In this document: positions 28,201 to 36,060 of the stretch, in pieces | Layout: the number at the start of each line of letters is the position of its first letter | Position numbering within the stretch: position 1 is the stretch's first letter | Origin: Rebecca billardiae RCC1528 | Taxonomy: Eukaryota; Protista; Haptophyta | Reading direction: 5' to 3' | Assembly (NCBI GenBank): GCA_965240325.2 | Contig: OZ251222.1 | Coordinates: 4,650,001 to 4,714,000 of the forward strand | DNA: 64,000 nt | Translations under genes and position numbers: made by a program | The notes under the pieces: generated by a model | What the model was told of the DNA's origin: nothing | Database searches by the model: none | Seen by the model: only the letters and a program-made list of their open reading frames with translations

Positions 28201-28280
28201 CGCCACCACCGAGCCCGCCGCCGCCCCCGCCGCCGTCGCCTCCGCCGTCGCCGCCGCCGAGCCCACCGCCCTCACCGCCG
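1..28280 (+). repeat. Coding minisatellite: 114-bp (38 aa) and 63-bp (21 aa) Ser-Pro units in higher-order repeats
   Basis: Units SSP6SP3SP3SP4SP7SP3SP4 and SP3SP3SP4SP7. Diagnostic variants recur at 810 bp (5861, 6671, 7481, 8291), 1050 bp (19041/20091), 2532 bp (1670/4202) and 2910 bp (21731/24641). From ~25270 only 63-bp units with Thr/Arg substitutions occur. Confidence 0.97.
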
Positions 28281-31200
28281 CAGCCAATCAGTGGCGGTGG
28301 CGGCGGCGGCCCTGGCGGACCGGCTCCTCCGCCGTCGCCACCGCCCTCGCCTCCGCCCTCGCCTCCACCGAGCGGCGGTGGTGGCGGTGGCGGTGCAGGT
28401 CCTACGCCGCCACCGTCACCACCGCCCTCGCCGCCGCCAGCCGGCGGTGGCGATGGGGGTGGTGCTGGTGGCCCCACGCCGCCACCATCACCGCCACCAT
28501 CGCCTCCGCCGAGCGGTGGCGGCGGCGGCGGCGGGGGCGGTGGTGGCCCCACGCCGCCGCCCTCGCCGCCACCATCGCCACCACCAGCTGGCGGCGGCGG
28601 AGGCCGCGGCGGCGGACCCACGCCGCCGCCCTCGCCGCCGCCCTCGCCGCCGCCTCCGGGCGACTGGATCAGCCAGGCGGTCGAGGAGCTGCTCGGCCTG
28701 GGCGTGCTGCCGGACCCAGAGCCCGCGGCGACCACTTCGTCCGCGACTCCTGCGCCCACGGGCGGCGGCGGCGGCGGCGGCGCGGACGAGACGTTTGGCG
28801 AGGCGAGCTACCGCGCCGACCGTGTCAACGAGGCGGTGGACGACTTCCTCGTGCGCCAGATCAGCAGCACGGGGCCGGGCGTGACGAGCGTCTCGAGCGT
28901 GGAGACGCAGTACGGCACGGCGGGCATCGTGCTGCGGGGCGTCGACACCTCGACGTTCGGGCTGAGCGACATTGTCGTCGACTCGCCCGCCGTGCCGGTG
29001 TCGGACGGCGACACGGCCGCCGCCACGTTCACCATCCCCGTGTCCACGCTCGAGTTCATGCTGGGCCGCGGGCTGCTCAACGTGACCAACGCGTCCGAGA
29101 TCCGCTCGCTGCACGTGGCCGTCGTGCTGTGGGAGAACAACTACCGCGCGTTCGCCGGGCTCGACGGGTTCGTCCTCGCGGACACGCTCACGAGCGTGAC
29201 CGTGTGGCTCAACGGCGCGCCGCTCGACGTGGACTTCACGCAGCTCACGCAGCCGGGCGAGGCGCCGCCCGTGGTGACGATCTCGCTGCCGGTCGACCCG
29301 TCCGTGCTGCCGGCCGAGAGCGCGGGCTTCAGCTGCCGCTTCTGGGGCGGCGACGCGTGGGAGAACAAGGGGTGCGTGGACGTGGGCGACCCGCTCGACT
29401 CGGTGGTCGAGTGCGAGTGCACGCACCTCACCGACTTCATCGCCGTGTACGAGGCGAGCGCCGCGCTGACCGAGGACCCCGGCCTGGCGTCGACCGACCC
29501 GCCGCTCAACGTGAATGCGATCTCGCTCGACCGCGTGAGCTTCTCGTACACGGCGCTGGTGATCCTCTTCTTCCTGCTGCTGGTCTACGCCTCGCTCTAC
29601 TACTGCGCGCACAGGCGGGACCGGCACATCGAGCGCGAGCCATTCGTGCCGCTGTGGAAGCGCAAGGAGGACGAGCACCTGTGCTACGCGCTCGGCGCCG
29701 CGCTGATCTCGCGCTCGACCGTCTCGTGGTGGCTCGCGCGGCTGCCGGGCGAGCTGGACACGTCGCGGCAGCGCGTGACGGTGCTGTACAACACGCTGCT
29801 CGCCGAGCTGCTGATGATCCTCGTCTTCATCGGGCAGGACAACTCGCTCGCGCACCAGGTGCTCACGCTCGCCGCGGTCTCGATCGCGGCGGGCGTGCCC
29901 TTCGAGTTCGCCATCCACTTCCTCTTCCGCTGGGCGAACCGGCGCCGCCCGCTGCACCGGCTCAAGGCGAAGCTCATCAAGAAGTACGGCCGAGAGCTCA
30001 GGCAGCGGACGCTGTGGCGCCGCTTCTGGCGCCCGTTCTGCGGCGGCTGCGCGCGCGTGCTCCCCTTCCGCATCGGCCTCGCGCCGCGTGAGGAGGAGTT
30101 CACCTCGGCCGTGCCGACCAAGCCGCCCGAGGTGGACGACCCGAGTCTCATGTCGCCGCGCCGCACGTCGGCGCCGATCCGGCCCATGGCACTGACCTTG
30201 CCGGCCTCGCCGCCGCCCAGCCCGCCGCCGCCGTCACGCCCGCGCCCTGCTGACTCGGGCTTGGCACTGTCCTTGCCCGCCTCGCCGCCGCCCGGCCCGC
30301 CGCAGCCGTCGCGGCCGCGGCTTGGGTCGGTCGTGGCGCGCATGCGCGCGCAGGCGGACGCGGAGGCGGCCGCGGAGGCTGCCGGAGAGCCGAGGTCTCC
30401 TCCGCCCGCCCGCCGCCATCGGGCTTCAGCTGCCCGACGCGTGCTCCGCGCTGCGCGCGCCTCGGAGTCGAGCGATGACGAGGCGGCTGAGCAGGCGTCC
30501 AGGCTAGCGGCGCTCGAGCGGCGTGCGTCGCAGCTGGGCATTCTGCAAGACTGGCACGACCTGATCGCCGACGACTCGGACTCTGACTCGGACACGGACA
30601 CGAGCTCCCGCGCGCGGACGCACGACCTGAGCTCGCTGAGCGACACCGCGTCCCACGTCGGCGCCAGGCGCGCCTCGCCCTCGCTGGCGAGCCCCGCCCA
30701 GAAGGCGGGCGCGCACGGCGCGGACAGCAGCAGCGTGCCGCTGCCGCTGCTCTCCGCCGCGCACAAGCTGCTGTACGTCTGCCCGTCCAAGGTGGGCATC
30801 GCGCCGCGCCACGGCGAGCAGGTGGAGAACGCGGGCGCGCGCGACTCGATCCGGATGCCCGCCAAGGCGCTGATGGCGGTGCACACGCGCCGCGGCGAGA
30901 TGGTGGGCTTCTTCGTGCACGTGGGCGTGGCGGACGCGACCGAGCTCGCGCGCAAGCGCTTCAACGAGCGCCGCGTCGCGACGCAGCGGCGGCTCGCCAG
31001 CCCGCTCAAGCGCATGATGGACGCCATCGTGCCGAGCCATCGGCACGAGGAGGACGCCGGCGCGCACGCCGACGTGGAGGGCGATGTGCAGCACACCGAG
31101 TACCGGCCGGAGCACGTGCCCGACCTGCGCTTCGTGCAGGCGCACCTCGTGTACAAGGCGGCCGACGCGCCCGCCGACCAGGTGGCCACGCGCTACTACC

Positions 31201-31901
31201 ACGTCAAGCCGACCGCGGCCGAGCGGCTCGCGAAGAAGCGCAGCGCGATGGTGCACGTCGTGCCCTTCGGCTCGCCCTTTGTCGACGGCCGGCCCGTGCA
31301 CTCGGCTGACCTCTTCTGCGAGCCCGACGTGGCGCGCGCGCACCTGCTGGCCGCGTACGCAAAGGTGCCGGGGCGGGCGGCCGCGCCTTCGCCGTCCGCG
31401 GCGGTGGAGCCCGACGCGGCCGGCAGGCGGCGGGGCTCGACCGGCGCGGCGGCCCGGGCCGCGGAGGCGGCGAAGCCGCACTCGCCCCGCCGCCGCCGGC
31501 TCGCCGCGTCCGAGCAGCTCTCGGACGTGGAGGCGTACTCGCGCATCGACGAGAAGTCGCTCAAGATCGCGCAGCTGTGGTGGTCGCTGCCGCGCCGGTG
31601 GAAGGTGCTGCTCGCGTGGAGCGTGCACGCTGTGCTCGGGCTGGCCATGTACTTCGCGATCATCCTGTACTCGCTCACCAACCCGATCCTGCAGGACCTC
31701 GGCATGTGGACGGGCCCGGTCGTGTCGACGGTCGTGCACGCGCAGCTCATCAAGCTGTTCGTGATGGAGCCGGCCGTGGCGTTCGCGTCGCCGCTCGCCA
31801 AGTTTGCGCTGGCGTGCCTGCCGGAGGAGGTGCAGGACATGATCGTGGAGTACATCCTCTCGCCCATCGGGCGGCTCTTCGCGCTGTGCACGATCCATTG
31901 A
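3..31901 (+). CDS. Giant extensin-like (Ser-Pro) stalk + GAIN/GPS + polycystin-1-like 5-TM membrane protein, 5'-partial (>=10,632 aa)
   Basis: The frame starting at base 3 (TCG CCT CCG) is the same as ORF 18030..31901 and has no stop; the 18030 start is only an internal TTG. GPS motif CRFW..W.NKGC...CECTHL|TDF at 29334-29438. TM1 ~29541-29610. TM2 follows TSRQRVTVLY, resembling the PKD1-family TRxQR motif. TM3 ~29847-29933. TM4/TM5 ~31605-31820. Four single-C indels at 16704-17223 cancel out. Confidence 0.85.
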
Positions 31902-32341
31902 GTGGCCCTGCGCTGGACTCTGACCCGCGGAGCCGCGGAGCCGTCAAGAGCCGTCGCTACCGCTGTACCGCCGATCGATCGACGACGACTTATCTGAGAC
32001 GGTTACAGAAGCCTACTCTACAGCAGATCGAGCCTCTGATTAGCGCCGGTGTGATGGCTGGGGTAGCTCGAGACAACTGGATATCTGGATCGACACTGCC
32101 GATGATCTCCGGATGAAGCAAGCATGCAGTCATGCACGTTCTCGACCAGGGCGAGCGGTATGGTGCTCACGCTGGCGCCGCCATTCGGCTCCCCCGCGGC
32201 GGCCCGGCCGGGGCCCTGGGCGCCCCTGGCGGGATGAAATTCCAAATTCGTCGGATTATTTTCCCCGCGATCTCGGCCGAAAACGCGTGCGGACCAGCAG
32301 GGCACGAGGGTCGGCCTGGCCCGGTCGTATCCGTAGCCACG

Positions 32342-33136
32342 ATGGCAGGCGTGCAGACGATGGCGCTCCTCGCGTTCGGGCTGGTGTCGGCCGCTGGCAT
32401 GGTAGCCGACTCGCGGCTGGCCTCGCCGCGTGTCAGCCCACTCCGACGCGTTGCACTCGCGAGGCAGCCGACCGGGATGCAGCGCATGTGCGCTTCGCCT
32501 GCCGCTCCTGAGCCGCAGGTTGGTGACGAGGCCGCGACGCGCAAAGAGCTGAAGGGGGAGCTGCGCGAGGTCGTCGCCCCGCTGCGGGTGGGCTTCGACG
32601 CGACGCCGGAGCAGCAGTCCGAGGTGCTCGAGATTGTGGAGGAGCTAGAGACGTTCAACCCGACCCCGGAGCCCCTGAAGTCGCCGGGAATCGCCGGCAA
32701 GTGGAATCTCATTTACACGTCGTCGCCAAGCGTGCGCGGCGTGCAGGGTGTGATGGGCGTGAACCAGTGGTTCCGCGACGCGAGTATGACGGGCTTCGTG
32801 CAGGACGTCCGTATCGAGCCCAACTACATGAAGTACGTGGAGACTGTCGAGTTTCCCGGGCTCGTCGCATCGATGGTCGGCAATGTCGCGGTCGCCGAGG
32901 GCTTCTGGACCATCATGGAGGATGAGCCCAACACGATGGTCACCGACGCCAACAAGGTCACGGTCGGCCCGATGAAGTACGATTCGGATCAGTGGCAGTC
33001 GCTCCGCTGCCTCATGATCCAGGACGTCACCTACCTTGACGAGGACCTGCGCATCCAGCATGGGCTCGTGCCAAACATCATCTTCGTGTTCGAGCGCATG
33101 CCGGAAGATACAGTGCTTGCGGATGGGTCAACGTGA
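32342..33136 (+). CDS. Plastid lipid-associated protein / fibrillin family (264 aa)
   Basis: Hydrophobic signal peptide plus Arg/Ser-rich transit-like region. Fibrillin-type ATPEQQSEVLEIVEELETFNPTPEP..GKWNLIYTS and C-terminal VTYLDEDLRI...IFVFER. Intronless. Confidence 0.85.
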   Translation: MAGVQTMALLAFGLVSAAGMVADSRLASPRVSPLRRVALARQPTGMQRMCASPAAPEPQVGDEAATRKELKGELREVVAPLRVGFDATPEQQSEVLEIVEELETFNPTPEPLKSPGIAGKWNLIYTSSPSVRGVQGVMGVNQWFRDASMTGFVQDVRIEPNYMKYVETVEFPGLVASMVGNVAVAEGFWTIMEDEPNTMVTDANKVTVGPMKYDSDQWQSLRCLMIQDVTYLDEDLRIQHGLVPNIIFVFERMPEDTVLADGST

Positions 33137-33504
33137 GTGAGCGAGATCCCGCGCAGCACGATTCCTGGCAAGCTTCACAGTCAGTCTTCCGGCGGGTGGC
33201 GTCACGGAATGAACGGCATTGCGAGGCGTCCGAACTCGAAGCCTTGAGTACTGCGCGCCGTTGCTGGGCCTGCTCGGCCTCGGCCCCGGGCAAGCATGCC
33301 TGTATAGTGTATGGACCGCACAGACCGGGCAGACCCGCCGCAGACCGGGCCGGTCGACCGGCGTGGCTCAGCGTGGCTGCTCGGCATAGCAGTGGCACGG
33401 CTGTCGTCGTACATACTAATAGCGCACGCTGCGTGCTTTACTGATGACGACTCGATTACTACCGAACGCTGCTGGATGTCAGTGTGCGTATTGTCATCAG
33501 CATC

Positions 33505-33630
33505 AGATTATATTATATTATTATTATATCATTATTATATAGTATTATATGTATGTATATATATAAATAATATATTATCTATATATATATATTAATAAAA
33601 TTTTAATATATATATATCGTCTATATATAC
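33505..33630. repeat. AT-rich / degenerate (TA)n island
   Basis: Nearly pure A/T tract between the convergent fibrillin and MsrB-like genes. Confidence 0.9.
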
Positions 33631-33924
33631 GGACGACTATGATGATCGGTCACTGCCGAGAGACTCAGTCAGAGTTAATCGTGGTCGACACCAACGCATT
33701 CTTATATATATATACTGTTCGTTGCTTCACCGAGTTCACGGGCACGGCCGCTGCTCACCGATGCCGCGGCCTCGGGCAATATGATGAAGCCTCCGAACTC
33801 CGGTCATCAGGACCGTGGCGATGGGGGCTGACCCGCGTCGCTACCGAGCCAGACGAGAAAATGGCGCGCTGAGTTGCGTGACGAGACACCAAGACGAGGA
33901 CGATGGGTGTGGCAAAGACCACGC

Positions 33925-34781
33925 TCACTTGGTCGGGTTGCCAGCGACGGAGACCAGGTTGATGCAGTACCGGTTACCGGACGAGTCCGGAAGGTTGTGC
34001 CCTGTCGCAATGCGCGTCACGCGACGGGCAGCACACGGGGGTCCATGAGTGCATGGAGGCTGCAGCAGCTCTTGCGGGCGCACTCGACACGCTCGGAGCA
34101 CACGTACCAAGGTGAGTACCATCGACGCTCACGCACTCGCCGTCAGGCAGGATGCGCACGTAGTCCCAGTTCACCTCCTCGTCACGGAACGAGGGCCAGC
34201 CGTGGCCCTTGGACTCGCGCACGAACTGCTCAAACGTGCGGCCGCGGGGCGCGGTGAAGAGCGGCGTGCCCGAGTTCGAGTCGTAGAATGCGATCTCGCC
34301 GGTGCTCTTGCTCGCGTCGGCCAGGAAGTTGGTCGTCTCCCAGTACCCGCTCCGCTCCGCAAAGTGGCGGTTGAAGTTGCAGATCCGGTCCGCGAGCTTC
34401 GGGTCGCAGCCGTAGCGGAGGTTCTGCTGCACCGGCGTCTCGCTCGTGCCATGGGCCTTGGGTGCCATGACCGACTCATCGCCCATGACCACAGGGCCGT
34501 CAAACTTCTTCTCGTTCGACATGAGGTTTTTCAGAAAGTTCATAGAAATGCGCGAGCGCTGGCAGGCCGGGCGCAGGTGCGACGCGCACGAGACGGTCGC
34601 AAGGCCTGCCACAGAGAGGCGAGGCGCGTCATGCACGTGCGCGCACGGCTTGAGTAGACGGTGCACGCAGTTTGCGCCCACGTCGCTCAACGGACGGGAT
34701 GGGTGGCCCGGGCACGCGCGGCGGGTGCGTGCTCACACCTGCGGTGAGGAGGACGCTACCGAGCAACTTCGCGGAGCCCAT
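33925..34781 (-). CDS. msrB: Methionine-R-sulfoxide reductase (MsrB/SelR)-like, plastid-targeted; join(34781..34739, 34605..34108, 34001..33925), 205 aa
   Basis: HGWPSF, THLG|HNLPD and RYCIN motifs are joined by two GT-AG introns (34738-34606, 34107-34002). The spliced N-terminus MGSAKLLGSVLLTAGLATVSC-ASHLRP looks like signal plus transit peptide. Confidence 0.85.
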
Positions 34782-34987
34782 GAGTCTCGCCTGCGCGACC
34801 AACCTTGCGTCTGGGCGTGAATCAGCAGTGGCGAAGACCAGAAGCTTCGCGGCAGGGGCAAGGCCGTTGTAATAAACTGTGCTGCGGGTGCAGCTCGTCC
34901 GTCGTGACCCGTCAACTCGGCAAACACAGTCGGCCAACGGAGTCCGCCCGCCGAGCGACGCGAGGCCCGAGGACTCACCCGCCGAGC
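34782..34987. promoter_or_regulatory. Probable bidirectional promoter (MsrB-like / SDR)
   Basis: Divergent ATGs separated by only 206 bp. Confidence 0.45.
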
Positions 34988-35786
34988 ATGAGCAAGCCGC
35001 TGGCTGTGATCGTGGGCGTCGGCGACGGGCTTTCCGCGGCTGTTGCGCGGGCGCTTGCCCCGACCTACCAGCTCGTGCTCGCCGCGCGCACACCGGAGAA
35101 GATGGCATCGCTCGCCGAGGAGACGTCCGCACGGACGGTGCTGATGGATGCGACCAGTGCGGAGGACATGGAGCGGCTGTTCGCTGGGCTTGAGGCGCCA
35201 CCGCGAGTCGCGATATACAACCCATCGCGCCGAGTCGCGGGCCCCATCCAGGATCTGGACCCTGCAGAAGTCAAGCAGGCACGCGCAACATCGCCAATTG
35301 CACACTGCACACGCGCCGCGTGGATCGTGCGCTGCGCTCATGATGTGTCGTCCACCCGCGGTGCTCTGCGGTGCACAGGCCGTTGATGTCACGGCATTCG
35401 GAGCGTTCCTCCTCGGGCAGGCCGCGACACGTGCAATGCTCAAGGCAGAGCCCGACGAGCGCGGCGTTCGAGGCACGATCCTCTTCACGGGCGCCTCGGC
35501 GGGCGTGAAGGGCTTCCCGCGCTCGACGCCTTTTGCTATGGGCAACTTCGCCAAGCGCGGCTTGGCCGAGGCCATGGCGCGCGAGTTGCATCCGCAGGGG
35601 ATCCACGTCGCGTGGGTCTGCATCGACGGCGCGATCCGCAACCCTGGGCGCACGGAGCCCGCCGAGAAGCCCGACAGCATGCTGTCTCAAGACGCGATCG
35701 CACGCAGCTACCTGCACCTGATCGAGCAGGACCGCTCGGCGTGGAGCTGCGAGCTCACCCTGCGCCCTTGGGTGGAGAACTGGTGA
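34988..35786 (+). CDS. Short-chain dehydrogenase/reductase; join(34988..35278, 35379..35786), 232 aa
   Basis: Rossmann motif VIVGVGDGLS, then GTILFTGASAG and ARELHPQGIHVAWVCIDG. A 100-bp GC-AG intron (CAG|GCACGC...CACAG|GCC) joins two ORF-track frames. Confidence 0.88.
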
Positions 35787-36060
35787 GCACCGCACGGGAT
35801 GGCCCATCAGTTGTTGGAAGGTTTGATGCTTGTCACCGCCGCCGCCGCCCCAAGTCTCAGCCATGAGCCAAGTTGTCGCGAACCAAATGTGAGATGGCGA
35901 TGTCTCGGATCTGACCAATCAGCGTCAAGCTTGACCGAACAAACCACGAGCCGCTCAGAAAATGGTAATTCGGGCGCCCGGCTTTTCGGTCGGCTTCCAG
36001 CCGGTCCTGTGCACGGCATACGCGCGCGCCCCCGAGCGGCCGAGCGAGGCGCGACCAACC

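Noticed and set aside
1-28280. Non-coding satellite or CRISPR array
   Set aside because: No unique spacers, and the array reads in frame into a GPS/TM domain with codon-position-biased variation.
13302-28287. Very long minus-strand ORFs (Arg/Trp-rich 1302 aa; Ala/Val-rich 736 and 2374 aa)
   Set aside because: Antisense shadows of the stop-poor Pro/Ser repeat; synonymous variation fits only the plus-strand Pro frame.
33925-34001. Selenocysteine MsrB
   Set aside because: The catalytic codon is TGC (Cys), and the SECIS-like hairpin nearby is on the opposite strand.
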